A stretch of DNA of 58,389 nucleotides from Candidatus Doudnabacteria bacterium (GCA_963788395.1 CAWBGV010000022.1:1-58389), one strand, 5' to 3'; numbered from the stretch's first letter, positions 21,278 through 31,598 are shown. A program made the numbers and translations. Notes: a model not told the origin generated them from the letters alone.

Positions 21278-22074
21278 TTAATTTTCAAATGAGTATGCTC
21301 TCGATTCGGAAGTGGTACGGTTTTTGCGCAAGAGGTTTTTTACCCGCTTGTAGTTGTAGAGAAGCAGGCCGCTGAGGAGCAAAAGGAAAGCCAAAAGATT
21401 AAGCTCCAGCGTAGCGAGAGGGCTCAAAAAATTGTTTACGTAGGGGGAATAAGTCAGGAGCGGTTCCCATAAGCTCAAGAGCGGTACAAAAACATTTTGT
21501 GTTGCGGCCGAGACGACTGTTTGGGTAACAGTTTTGGGCAGGGAAAAATTAAAGGCCAGTTGGGCGTTTTTAGGAGTGGTCCGGGCGGGAGTGATGGGCA
21601 CGGAAGGGACAGATTCCACGGTGGGGCCGGAGTCGGCATGGGTGGGTCTGCGGCTACAACAGAAGTATTAGGGTCACTGAGCAAGCTTTGGGTGGTAATG
21701 ATTTGGGGCATGCTTAATCCGGTCGGAGTGGGCGTAGGGTTTACTGCGGCTTGAGCCGTAGAATCCGGTGTTTGGTCTTGGGAAGTCTGGGTAGCTCCCG
21801 AATCTGAACCCGCGGGCTGGCTGGCTCCGGTGATAGTTAGGGTGGTAGATGTAGCTGGCAGCGTAGTTAATTGAGCCGGCACGGCGCTGATATCGGCGAC
21901 TGTAATGGCATTTTTCTCGGTTTGAGCGGCGCTATAATTGTGCGAGCTTTTTTTAGGTTGCTCATACTTTGGGTTCTTGGTTTTGGCCAAGACTGGGGAG
22001 CTCATACAAAAAAGCGCCAGGCATATTCCGGTTACAATAATCTGAGAAAATCTTTTGTATTTAAGAGTACGCAT
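21278..22074 (-). CDS. hypothetical secreted/membrane protein with S/T/P/Q-rich region and C-terminal TM; probably one frameshifted gene
   Basis: Fragments 21475-22074 (signal-peptide-like start) and 21278-21619 (TM then basic tail). Confidence 0.55.
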
Positions 22075-22100
22075 AGATTTTTAAAGGCAAGGAACCTGAA

Positions 22101-22130
22101 ACCATACTGTTCATGCTAATTGACGTCAAT
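22101..22130 (-). promoter_or_regulatory. sigma70 promoter of the cellulose-synthase-like operon with a 12-bp palindrome over the -35 box
   Basis: TTGACG-17 nt-TATGGT; ATTGACGTCAAT perfect palindrome at 22119-22130. Confidence 0.55.
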
Positions 22131-22169
22131 AAATCACCCTACTTACAACTTTTGCCCGTTTCTAAGCAT

Positions 22170-22206
22170 AAAAAAACCCGCTTGCGGACGAGCCGCAAGC
22201 GGGTTT
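22170..22206 (-). terminator. strong rho-independent terminator downstream of tRNA-Ser(GCT) and its 3' element
   Basis: AAACCCGCTTGCGG-loop-CCGCAAGCGGGTTT, U7 on the minus strand. Confidence 0.85.
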
Positions 22207-22237
22207 GTTACAAAGAATATTTATAATCTATTTCCCC

Positions 22238-22403
22238 AAATTTTCCCAGAGGGAAAATTCGTAAACCAAGTACTAGTAATAACTAAGTTGTTGCCAATTG
22301 GGGTCCCCGAGCCGCCCGAGGCGGATTAGGGAAAGGGGCAACAATCCGAACGAAGCGGAGTCCGCCCGAGGCGGATGAAGCGCAGTGAGGATTGATTGAC
22401 CCG
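22238..22403 (-). repeat. second copy of the tRNA-Ser 3'-associated palindromic element
   Basis: Aligns end to end with 10623-10782 and shares the GACCCG junction at the CCA end. Confidence 0.9.
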
Positions 22404-22494
22404 TGGCGGAGAGGGGGGATTCGAACCCCCGAAAGCTTTTGACAGCTTTACCGGTTTAGCAAACCAGCGCACTAGGCCTCTATGCGACCTCTCC
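22404..22494 (-). tRNA. tRNA-Ser (anticodon GCT)
   Basis: GGAGAGG acceptor, CTGGT-TT GCT AA-ACCGG, long variable arm, GGTTCGAATCC, G-CCA. Confidence 0.95.
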
Positions 22495-22598
22495 AGATGA
22501 AACTTTATGAACTTCCTTACTATTTTATCGAAAATAAGGGATTTGGTCAATGAGCGGTTAATTGTTTATAATATACTAAGTGTAAATAATCCATCCTT

Positions 22599-22968
22599 AT
22601 GTGGAATGCAGATAAAAATTTATCAGAAGAAGAACGCGAGGTTATGCGCGAGTATGAATATCTTTACTTCATGTACAACCCTGGCTTTCGGGCAATGTGG
22701 CGGGATAATTTTAAAGAATACTTTAACGGAACATTTGACGAGAGATATTGGGAGCAGAGGGAGTGAGAACATGAGAAAGAAGTACTTCATCAAATCGAAT
22801 ATAACATGCGGAGTGACCCTGAATATGCGAGCCGAATGGCGGAAATGCCAATTATAGAGGAAACGTTATTGGGTGACCCGAATGAATCATATATTGCTGG
22901 AAGCCGTTGGTTTGAACGGGAACAGATGTTAAAAGAAATTGAAAATAAAGGTAGAAGCAGAATCGTTT
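22599..22968 (+). CDS. hypothetical acidic protein (frameshifted; end uncertain)
   Basis: Manual translation MWNADKNLSEEEREVMREYEYLYF.. continuing in another frame ..HQIEYNMRSDPEYASRMAEMP.. Confidence 0.4.
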
Positions 22969-23268
22969 GATACCGCCAATAATTTTCGATGAAGGACCGA
23001 TCGCATTGGGTTTATCTTGTCCCTTGCTTCATTACAACGTTGTTTGGAGTCCTTGCGCCGACTTCAAGAAAAACCCAGGCTATACACGTGCAGCCTTTTA
23101 TTGATCAAGCGCTTCTTATTCAAACTGCTCTTATTGAAAATTTAGAGGCCATTAATAGTCAATTCCCAACCCGAGTCTTCCTATATTTGAAATAATAAAT
23201 TATTTCAGAATATTTTTTTCTCCCAAACTTTCACAATTGTGAAAGTTTGGGAGAAAAAGCACATCGTA

Positions 23269-23946
23269 TTAAAAGACGTCCCGGCTTTTCATGTAGGCCG
23301 TGGCCTTTTTTTCGTCTGCAATATCTAAGCGGCAGGCTTCAATAAGTGTCACAAACTTGGATATCCCGAATTTTTCAGTAAGTATTTGGATTTCTATTCT
23401 GGGGTCGAATGGAAATAACCACACGGTACGCTGCAAGTGGTAAAAGTTCAGTTTTTTAAGTTTGTTACGGAACAGGTCTGCGCTTGTGCGATAATCATGG
23501 GTGGGGATATCGGCCACAATTACCCACCATTTATGGTCCCATGATTTAGAGTGCTTGATAAATCTGATGTCATTTTTAAGAGCACTTAATTTATTTTTCC
23601 CGGCGGAGGTGAGGTGAATTTTCCAATCGGTGCCATCTTTGTGAAATTTGATAAGACCTGTGTCTTTCAAATAATAAAAAGTTCGGGTGGTTTTTTCTTT
23701 TATAGCTTTTGGATCCAATCGTTTATACTTTGGCTTTTTTAGAAGGAACTCCTGAACTGCAAGCAATACATTAGGAGCAACTACTGTTAAAGTGACAATA
23801 CCAGCCACAGCAATAGTAGCAAGTGCCACTTCCGAGATTCGCGTTAAACATGCTACTTGCTCCGAAGATAAAGTAAAAGAATTCTGGGGTTCGGGTATCG
23901 TGGCACGAATATTCAATGTTTTATTTTTTTTGGATACAGTACGCAT
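23269..23946 (-). CDS. PaaX-like transcriptional regulator with C-terminal Cas2-like ferredoxin domain (CPR-type)
   Basis: wHTH-like segment (..LTSAGK) then WDHKWWVIVADIP..R..FRNKLKKLNFYHLQRTVWLFPFD. Confidence 0.8.
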   Translation of the reverse strand: MRTVSKKNKTLNIRATIPEPQNSFTLSSEQVACLTRISEVALATIAVAGIVTLTVVAPNVLLAVQEFLLKKPKYKRLDPKAIKEKTTRTFYYLKDTGLIKFHKDGTDWKIHLTSAGKNKLSALKNDIRFIKHSKSWDHKWWVIVADIPTHDYRTSADLFRNKLKKLNFYHLQRTVWLFPFDPRIEIQILTEKFGISKFVTLIEACRLDIADEKKATAYMKSRDVF

Positions 23947-24044
23947 ATATGTATACTCATTTCCTAAACATTACATTTGTAAAAGATTGGGAAAGCAAAA
24001 GTGAAATAAGACGCTGTGGGGTGAAAGTGTGGGGGCCGAAACAA

Positions 24045-24836
24045 CTAATCTTTTGCAATCGCCAAGCACCAGACTTGCTTTGCTCCGTTGCGTTTTAATA
24101 CTTTTGCTGCGGCGGTCAGGGTGCTGCCGGTGGTGGTGACATCGTCGACGAGGATGATGTTGTTGCTTTTAATAAGGTTGGGCGACACTGGTCTGTGCGG
24201 CTGATTAAACAAAAGCCGGCGCCAGAGCGGTGCAACGCCGTGGGCTGCGGTAAAAGCATCTTGGACATTTAAAATCCGCTGGGCGCGTTTTAAATCTTTT
24301 TGGGGTTTGGTGAATTTTTTTCTGCTCAGGGCGTGGACTACCGGCAAGCCCAGCTCTTTGCTTATACTTTGACAGATAATCTCAGTTTGATTAAAACCGC
24401 GTTTGCGCTGTTTGCGCGGGTGGAGGGGTAGAGGCACGAGGATAAAGCTTTTGTCGACAAGCGGGGGATGAATGATTAAATGCCGGGCGGCCATTTGTCC
24501 AAGTGCGGTAAAGATACCCGGCAGATTGCGGTACTTGCCCCCAATAATTGCTTGCCTGACCGGCTCATGGTGGTAATTCAAAATGCACACCAGCCTATCT
24601 ACTCCAAAGGGATGGCGGCAGCCGGGGTGAGTCAAGCCCGCAATCGCTGGTTTTTGACAGATCATGCAATATTGCGCCTCTGCTCGCTCGAGTCTCGCGG
24701 CACAATCAGCGCAGATAAACTCTCCTTCGCTTTCGCAAAAGATGCAGATGATAGGAAATAAGATGTCTAGTACGTACCGCCCAGCGTCTAAAGCCAGCGG
24801 TTTAATAAAATTTCGATAAATGTCCGATAAAAACAT
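24045..24836 (-). CDS. comF: competence protein ComF (double zinc ribbon plus PRTase domain)
   Basis: CIFC..CADC..CMIC zinc ribbon, RGFNQ, LVDDVTTTGST. Confidence 0.93.
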   Translation of the reverse strand: MFLSDIYRNFIKPLALDAGRYVLDILFPIICIFCESEGEFICADCAARLERAEAQYCMICQKPAIAGLTHPGCRHPFGVDRLVCILNYHHEPVRQAIIGGKYRNLPGIFTALGQMAARHLIIHPPLVDKSFILVPLPLHPRKQRKRGFNQTEIICQSISKELGLPVVHALSRKKFTKPQKDLKRAQRILNVQDAFTAAHGVAPLWRRLLFNQPHRPVSPNLIKSNNIILVDDVTTTGSTLTAAAKVLKRNGAKQVWCLAIAKD

Positions 24837-24905
24837 TAAAGATAGTTTAATAGCTAAACTATCCTATCATATCGGGCCTCAAGAAAATTTAAATTTTATC
24901 TCAAC

Positions 24906-24936
24906 AAAAAAACAGGCCACTCGGGCCTGTTTTTTT
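24906..24936. terminator. bidirectional terminator downstream of clpC
   Basis: A7-CAGGCC-ACTCG-GGCCTG-T7. Confidence 0.8.
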
Positions 24937-24943
24937 GGAGTTT

Positions 24944-27493
24944 TTAAGCCGTGACCAGCTGTCGTTCAGCTTTTACGACTGTGAACATGATCTTATCTTT
25001 TTTAACATCCGCCGTGACCAGTGAGCCTTCCTTGGCCGCGCCGGAGATAATCTTTTCAGCCAGTGGATCTTCCAGCAAGTTCTGAATATTCTTGCGGATA
25101 AACCGCGCGCCCTGGTTGGGGTCAAAGCTTTTATCGGAAATAAAATCTAGGACTTTAGGCGTCACTTTCAGCTGGACTTGCTGTTTCAGCAGCCGTTGCT
25201 GCAGCTCCAGAATTTGCAATTGAGTAATTTTTTTCAGCTCCTGCATGCCGAGCGGGCGGTAGACCACGATTTTGTCTATGCGGTTTAAAAATTCCGGACG
25301 GAATTGGTGCTTTAAGGTTTCCATGACACCTTCTTTAATTTTTTCGTATTCCTGCTCCAGTTTTTTAGTTTGGTCGATTTCTGCGTCACGTTCGGCAAAA
25401 CCAATTTTAGCCGCTTGATTAGTCAATTCCTGCATCCCCAGATTGGAGGTCATAATAATAATCGTATTGCGGAAGTTAACGCGCTTGCCGGACGCGTCGG
25501 TCAGCTGTCCGTCTTCCAGGATTTGGAGCAAAATATTAAAGACGTCGGGGTTAGCCTTCTCAATTTCATCGAACAGAATTACAGCGTACGGCTTGCGGCG
25601 AACCGCTTCGGTCAGCCGGCCGCCTTCTTCGTAGCCAACGTATCCGGCCGGAGCACCGATTAAACGGGAAACATTGTGCCGCTCCATAAACTCGGACATG
25701 TCAACCCGGATTAAAGCATCTTCGTCTTCAAAGACTTCCGAAGCCAGAATTTTTGCCGTTTCTGTTTTACCCACTCCGGTCGGACCGAGGAAAATGAACG
25801 AGCCCAGCGGGCGGCGCGGATCGGTAATTCCGGCCCGGCTGCGGCGAATGGATTTGGCGACTTCTTCCACCGCTTCATTTTGCCCAATGATTTTGGCCTT
25901 TAAGGTCTTTTCTAAATTAACCAAACGGCCGATTTCCGTTTTGGCCAGTTTGGCCAAAGGAATTTTGGTCATCATTGAAACGGTGTGGGCGATATCTTCC
26001 GAACCGATAATATGAGTCGGAGTTTGGCTCTCGACCTGCAAACCTTTACTGAGTTCGTTTTTCTGGCGCATCAATTTTTCTTCCTGTGCCCGCAAATGCA
26101 GGGCGGTCGTAAAATCTTGGGCCAACACCGCCTTGGTTTTTTCTTCTTCCAGCGCGCTTAAATCGTTTTCGATTTTTTTGGTAGTCCGGAGTAATTTACT
26201 GTTGGAATTAATGCTGCGCAGGAAAGCCGCAGTTTCATCTATTAAATCTACCGCTTTGTCGGGCAAGAAACGGTCCTGAATATAGCGGGAAGAAAGTTCA
26301 ACCGCGGATTTTATGGCTTCGTCGGTAATCGTAACGTTATGATGTTTCTCGTAGTTGGGTTTAATACCTTTTAAAATTTCGATAGCTTCTTCCTGCGAAG
26401 GTTCATCGACTAAAATTGGCTGGAAGCGTCGTTCTAAAGCGGCATCGGTTTCGATATGCTTTTTATATTCCGAAAGCGTAGTCGCGCCAATCGCCCGCAG
26501 TTCGCCCCGGGCCAGGGCAGGTTTTAAAATATTAGCCGCGTCCAAAGAACCGGTGGTAGCACCAGCGCCGACCATGGTGTGCAACTCATCTATAAACAGA
26601 ATAATATTTTTGTTATCTTTGACTTCTTCGATAATTTGTTTTAAGCGGTTTTCAAATTCACCGCGGAACATGGAGCCGGCTACAATCAAAGCTAAATCCA
26701 GGCTTAAGATGCGTTTGTCGAGCAGGGAGTCGGGGACTTCGCGTTTGGAAATTGCCAAAGCCAAACCTTCGACAATGGCAGTTTTCCCCACTCCCGCTTC
26801 GCCAATTAAGATGGGATTGTTTTTAGTGCGGCGGTTTAAAATACTAATTAAGCGTTCTATTTCATGTTTACGGCCAATGACCGGGTCAACCAAGCCATCT
26901 TTGGCCTTTTTGGTGATATCGGTAGTAAAGTATTCCAGTAAGCTTTGCTTTTTACCGTCCATGCGCTGGGCGCCAGGCGGCAGGTTTTCCATTTGCGGCT
27001 GGCCGGCTCCGGCGGGGGAGTCGGGCATTTCCGGGAACTTAGAGATATTTTCAAAGACCGAAATTAAATTTTGCTCAAGTTCGTAGGTATCAATCCCCAA
27101 TTTAGCCAAAATTACTTTGGCTTTGTTTTGGCCACTAGCCAATAATCCGTAGAGAAAATGTTCAGTACCAATGAATTGGTAACCGTATTGGCTGGCAACA
27201 ATGGCGGATTTTTCAATAACCGACTTGAGATTCTCCGAAAGAACCGGTTTCCAGTTAGTAATTTTGTTATTAGCGTTCACTAAAATTAGCTCCTGTTTAA
27301 CAATTTCCGGAGTAAGTTTGGTTTTAGTTAGAATTTCGGCCGCAAACGAGCTTTTTTCCGATATTACCCCATAGAGTAAGTGTTCGGTTCCAATATGGTC
27401 ATGATGAAGCTCTTCAGAGACCAATTGGGCCATAATTAAGGCATTCTTTGCCCTAGACGATAATCGCTCCAGAATATAAGTAAAGTTAGTCAT
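24944..27493 (-). CDS. clpC: ATP-dependent Clp protease ATP-binding subunit ClpC
   Basis: Clp-N repeats, two AAA+ modules (GEAGVGKT, GPTGVGKT), short middle domain. Confidence 0.93.
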   Translation of the reverse strand: MTNFTYILERLSSRAKNALIMAQLVSEELHHDHIGTEHLLYGVISEKSSFAAEILTKTKLTPEIVKQELILVNANNKITNWKPVLSENLKSVIEKSAIVASQYGYQFIGTEHFLYGLLASGQNKAKVILAKLGIDTYELEQNLISVFENISKFPEMPDSPAGAGQPQMENLPPGAQRMDGKKQSLLEYFTTDITKKAKDGLVDPVIGRKHEIERLISILNRRTKNNPILIGEAGVGKTAIVEGLALAISKREVPDSLLDKRILSLDLALIVAGSMFRGEFENRLKQIIEEVKDNKNIILFIDELHTMVGAGATTGSLDAANILKPALARGELRAIGATTLSEYKKHIETDAALERRFQPILVDEPSQEEAIEILKGIKPNYEKHHNVTITDEAIKSAVELSSRYIQDRFLPDKAVDLIDETAAFLRSINSNSKLLRTTKKIENDLSALEEEKTKAVLAQDFTTALHLRAQEEKLMRQKNELSKGLQVESQTPTHIIGSEDIAHTVSMMTKIPLAKLAKTEIGRLVNLEKTLKAKIIGQNEAVEEVAKSIRRSRAGITDPRRPLGSFIFLGPTGVGKTETAKILASEVFEDEDALIRVDMSEFMERHNVSRLIGAPAGYVGYEEGGRLTEAVRRKPYAVILFDEIEKANPDVFNILLQILEDGQLTDASGKRVNFRNTIIIMTSNLGMQELTNQAAKIGFAERDAEIDQTKKLEQEYEKIKEGVMETLKHQFRPEFLNRIDKIVVYRPLGMQELKKITQLQILELQQRLLKQQVQLKVTPKVLDFISDKSFDPNQGARFIRKNIQNLLEDPLAEKIISGAAKEGSLVTADVKKDKIMFTVVKAERQLVTA

Positions 27494-27637
27494 AAGGTCC
27501 TTTGGTTCAAATCAACGAAGGTTTGGCTTTCGCAGTTTTGATGTTTAAGTTTTTTAAAGTCCCGCGTTCATCCATTGTAAGTGACGTCAGGCGTACAAAT
27601 TGCTTAATTTGTACTATAATTATACCATAATATGCTA

Positions 27638-27665
27638 AGTATAGCAGGATTAGCAGTCGTGTCAA
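27638..27665 (-). promoter_or_regulatory. sigma70 promoter of clpC
   Basis: TTGACA-16 nt-TATACT with an extended TGn element. Confidence 0.75.
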
Positions 27666-27676
27666 GAGAGTGCTAA
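27650..27676. promoter_or_regulatory. CIRCE operator (HrcA binding site)
   Basis: TTAGCAGTC-N9-GAGTGCTAA, one mismatch to the TTAGCACTC-N9-GAGTGCTAA consensus, upstream of a heat-shock gene. Confidence 0.92.
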
Positions 27677-27684
27677 AAGATTGC

Positions 27685-27744
27685 TCGAATCTACGAATAA
27701 CTGCGAATCTACAAATCTAGTGTACCCCATTCGTAGATTCGATT
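27685..27744 (+). repeat. 60-bp GAATCTAC-based palindromic repeat, copy 1
   Basis: 58/60 identical to the reverse complement of 33945-34004. Confidence 0.9.
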
Positions 27745-27799
27745 TATTTCCGCCATCACCTATAAATTACAATATCATCCCAAAGTTTGTTTCAAATCC

Positions 27800-28327
27800 A
27801 TGCCTTGGAAAAGACCCGAAAAAACTAAAGAACCTGACAACTCTGAGAAGGCTTACGAATATGCCGTGTTTTTACTGTCGTTGCACTTGCGAACGGTGGG
27901 TGAAGTTTTGGATAAAATGTCGAAGCGGGGTTACACTCAAGCCGTGATTGCGCAGGTAATTGACCGATTGAAAGACCAAAAATACCTAGATGATCAGCGT
28001 TACGCCGAAATATTTTTAGAAAATTTAAAACTTTATAAAAGCTTTGGCTATTATGGGATCAAGAAAAAATTTTTAGAAAAGAAGCTGCCGCCAGAAATAG
28101 TCGAAGCGTTATTATCCGAGGGCCTGTCGATATCGGAAGAGTTAAAAATCGCGCGGCGGCTGCTGAAAAAAGAGGGTTATGCTGTTAAAGAACCGTCAAC
28201 AGCAGATAACGAGGTGCAGTATATGACCTACGACGACGCGGACAAAAATAAACAAAAACAAAAAATGGCCCAAAGGCTAAAGTCGCGCGGGTTTCGGAGT
28301 GAGGTAATTTCGAAATTATTATTTTAG
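27800..28327 (+). CDS. recX: regulatory protein RecX
   Basis: RT..E...K..KRGY, YLDDQRYA, G..GIKKKF, ..RLKSRGF. Confidence 0.9.
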   Translation: MPWKRPEKTKEPDNSEKAYEYAVFLLSLHLRTVGEVLDKMSKRGYTQAVIAQVIDRLKDQKYLDDQRYAEIFLENLKLYKSFGYYGIKKKFLEKKLPPEIVEALLSEGLSISEELKIARRLLKKEGYAVKEPSTADNEVQYMTYDDADKNKQKQKMAQRLKSRGFRSEVISKLLF

Positions 28328-28386
28328 ATTTTTTTTGTTTCAGCTTAAAATCAGCGCAGTCTCAGATGCAGTGTCATATCCGCGGT

Positions 28387-29338
28387 TTAGAGATTCATTT
28401 CCCGCAACCTTTTAATGCGGTCCTCAATCGGCGGGTGGGTGTTAAAGAGGCCAGCCAGCCAGCCTCTGGCGCCATGCGGTTTACTGGGATCATCGGAAGT
28501 GGCGTAGGCCCGGTCTTCGTGGAAGGGATTGACTATATACAAGTGGGCGGTGGCATTGTTGGCCTCGGCCAGGGGCGTAGAATTGTTGCTGATTTTTTCC
28601 AGCGCGCTGGCTAAGCCTTCCGGGTAGCGCGTCAGCAGCGCGCCGCTGGCGTCAGCCAGGTATTCGCGCTGGCGGGAGACGGCCAGTTTAATCAGGGTAG
28701 CGATAATTGGGGACAGCAAGGCTAATAGCAATCCGATGGCCAGTAAGATTATGCCGAGACCGCGCCGTTGTTGTTATTGCCGCGGCGTTGGCCTATGCCG
28801 CCAAACAGGCTGGCGCGCAAAAATACATTGGCCAAAAGGGTAACGGTTCCCACCAGCACGACTACCAATGCATGAGCCGGATATCATAATTCCCAATATG
28901 AGAAAGTTCGTGGGCGGTGACGCCTTCTAATTCAGTTTTGTCCAGTCTTTGCAAAATACCGGAGGTATAACAAATGACCGCATGTTTCGGATCGCGGCCG
29001 GTGGCAAAGGCGTTGGGCGCGGGGTCGTTGATGATATAAATTTTTGGCGTGGGAATTCCGGCTGTAATGCAAAGATTTTCTACTATGTTATAAAGTTGGG
29101 GATTATTTTGACGCTCGACCGGTTGGGCTTTTGAGACCGCCAAAGTCACCGAGTCGGCAAAAAAATAGGAAAATAAAGCCCCAAACAAACTAAAGAAAAC
29201 CGCAAAATAGAGAATATCCGGACTTTGAAAGTAGACCGCAAATAAATACCCCAAGAGGCTAATCACGATCAAAAAGCTGAATATTAAAATCCAGCTTTCG
29301 GTTTTGTTTTTTTGAATGTATTGATAGGTTGTGGGCAT
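28387..29338 (-). CDS. htpX: M48 zinc metalloprotease HtpX (frameshifted)
   Basis: PNAFATGR, AHELSH, SRQREYLAD, LASALEKI, THPPIEDRI. Confidence 0.92.
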
Positions 29339-29375
29339 ATTTAAATATAAGTCCTATAGGACCTATGAGCCCTAT

Positions 29376-29920
29376 TTAAAATTGCACTTTTACCGGCTGT
29401 GCCTCCGGCCCGCTTTCGTCTATGCCAAAAGAATTGGCGTTTGGTAAACCCAAACATGCCGGCAAATAAATTGCCTGGGAATTGCTGGATTTTCGTATTG
29501 TAGTCGCGGGCGGTGCTGTTGTAAAAGCGGCGCGCGGCCTGGATTTTATCTTCGGTGTCCGTCAGTTCGCCCTGCAACTGAATAAAGTTTTGGTTGGCCT
29601 TTAAGTCCGGATAGGCTTCGGCACCGCAAACAAGCTTTTTAAGGTACCAGACAATGCGTTTTCTTTGGCCAGCTTATCATCTAAACCCGTGGCTGACATC
29701 GCAGCCGTGCGGGCCTGGGTGACTTTTTCGAATACGCCGGATTCGTGGGCAGCGTAGCCTTTGACTGTTTCTACCAAATTAGGTATTAAATCGTACCGGC
29801 GCTTTAACTGGACGTCGATATCGCTCCAGGCTTCGTCGACCTGGTTTTTGGAACGGACAATGCCATTAAAGGCAATATTACAATAATTGCTAAAATAATT
29901 ACTATATATAACGCAATCAT
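29376..29920 (-). CDS. lemA: LemA family protein (frameshifted)
   Basis: Manual: [69 protein letters not shown]. Confidence 0.9.
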
Positions 29921-30116
29921 AGGATTAAACTTTAATAATTTCGTCTTTAGTATAACACTTTTCTATATTTTCAGCTATTATTTGCAGTATTCCCAGGCTG
30001 GGACACAAACTTAATTCTGCCCGCCTGGAAATAATGGATATTTAGATTCCCGACTATAATACAAAGAATTTTGGGTCTTTATTCCAGCGAGTCAGAAATG
30101 ATTTGATCTGGAGTAT

Positions 30117-31490
30117 TTTCCAGTCAAGAGAATATACTGAAAGTAAACGCCGCACCGTGAGTTGTTAAGGATTAATGGTGTTTAATGGTTTTCCAGATTT
30201 CTCTCTTAGCCTCGTTCATCTGTTTGGCAAATTCGTTGTCTGAAAGCGCGAGGGAAATATCGTCCAGCTCTTTTTGCGTCCGTCCTGGGGCAAGATATTG
30301 TGTCCAGTTTTCCAATGTTTTTAATTTTTCATAAGGCGTGAGGTAAATTTCGTATTTTTTCTTCTGCTTGCCTTGGTTATCGGTGTATGTGGTAGGGTAG
30401 GCGCACTGTCGATGGAAATTCAGGTAGGTATTAAAGTGGCTTGTATACCATTGGTTAATAGCCGGAGCAAACTTTTTAGGAATGTAGCTGTAACCATTCC
30501 ACTTGCGGATAATCTTGTTCTTGGTTTCGGCCAGCCCGTTGTCGTTGCTATGTCTGCTTCTGGATTTGGTTTGTTTGACTATTAAGCGTTCCAGCAAGTC
30601 CGCTACCTGATAGTTAATGTATTCGCTGCTATTGTCGGAATGGAAGTTTAAAATTTTAAAGGGAAATTCGGTTAAGGCTTTCTCCAGGGCCGGTATTAAA
30701 AAGTATTCGCTGATACCCTCCACGCAAACTACGATTTCCCATTGGGTGACTTCATCAACCAGGTTAATATGGTATACGCCTTTCTGCTTGTCCAAATCCC
30801 CCTGATGCACGGAATCTACCCGTAAATAGCCTGGTTTGCCGTAGGGCTGGGGTTTCCTGCGTTCCCCGATGGGAACCGTAACGGGATCGTTTTTAGTGTA
30901 AGTCAAAGCTTTACCGATATACCTGTCAGTACCACGCAGATTGTAAATGTGGCCTAAAGAAATATTTTGCAGGCGGACAAACTTTTCATCCTTAAACAAA
31001 TTAAACATCCGCTTAAAAATGTTTTGTAAAGCCTGCCCAGTCGGCCGTCTGTGGAGATTGTCGGTTTCAGCCAAAGTTTCAATGTCGGCTTCGGTGTAAA
31101 CTTTGGTAAAAATATTCCTTTTGCCCCAATCGGAAGACACGGTTAATTTTAATTGTCCCTTATCACGCTTCCTGCCCAACAGTTTTTAATCTGAATCTTG
31201 GAATAGCCGGTAATCTTCGCCAGGTAGTTAATGGTAATTCCTTTTTCCTTTTTTCCCAGCTTAAAGTATGTAATCTGGTTAGTTTGTTTGGCTATCCAGT
31301 CATAGACCTCCTGTTTACCCTGGGCCTGGAGCTGTAAGTGGCTGCTGCCCTTTAAAAAATCCTCCATTTGATTTATGCTAACTGCACATGAGTCGTTCAT
31401 GGTGATGGTCATAACTCACAGTGTAGCGACTCGTGTTTTTAATGCCCAGCCTGTTCTATGTCCGAATTTCAGTATCTTTCCCATTGGAAA
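30117..31490 (-). mobile_element. insertion sequence, DDE/integrase-core type (unclassified, ISNCY-like)
   Basis: Imperfect terminal inverted repeats 30117-30142 and 31467-31490 (TTTCCA..ATACTGAAA) plus inner inverted motif CACYGTGAGTT; no clear target-site duplication. Confidence 0.75.
30172..31412 (-). CDS. transposase, integrase core (rve) domain; frameshift near 31170
   Basis: RVDSVHQGD, HSDN(S)SEYIN and NDNGLAETKN DDE motifs. Confidence 0.9.
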
Positions 31491-31598
31491 CAGGGAGAGC
31501 CCTCAGTATCCTTTTGTATTGTAAAATACTATCGGTATTTTTTTGATCCTATTTATGGTATAATTAAAGCAAACAGGTCATCAGCTGAAACAAAAACA

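Noticed and set aside
23269-23946. Cas2 / CRISPR-Cas locus
   Set aside because: The domain is fused to a wHTH as in PaaX-like regulators; no cas1 or array nearby.
24175-24250. Extra ~25 aa in ComF as a palindromic insertion
   Set aside because: Only a weak 5-bp stem, and this loop is length-variable; cannot be supported without an ortholog alignment.
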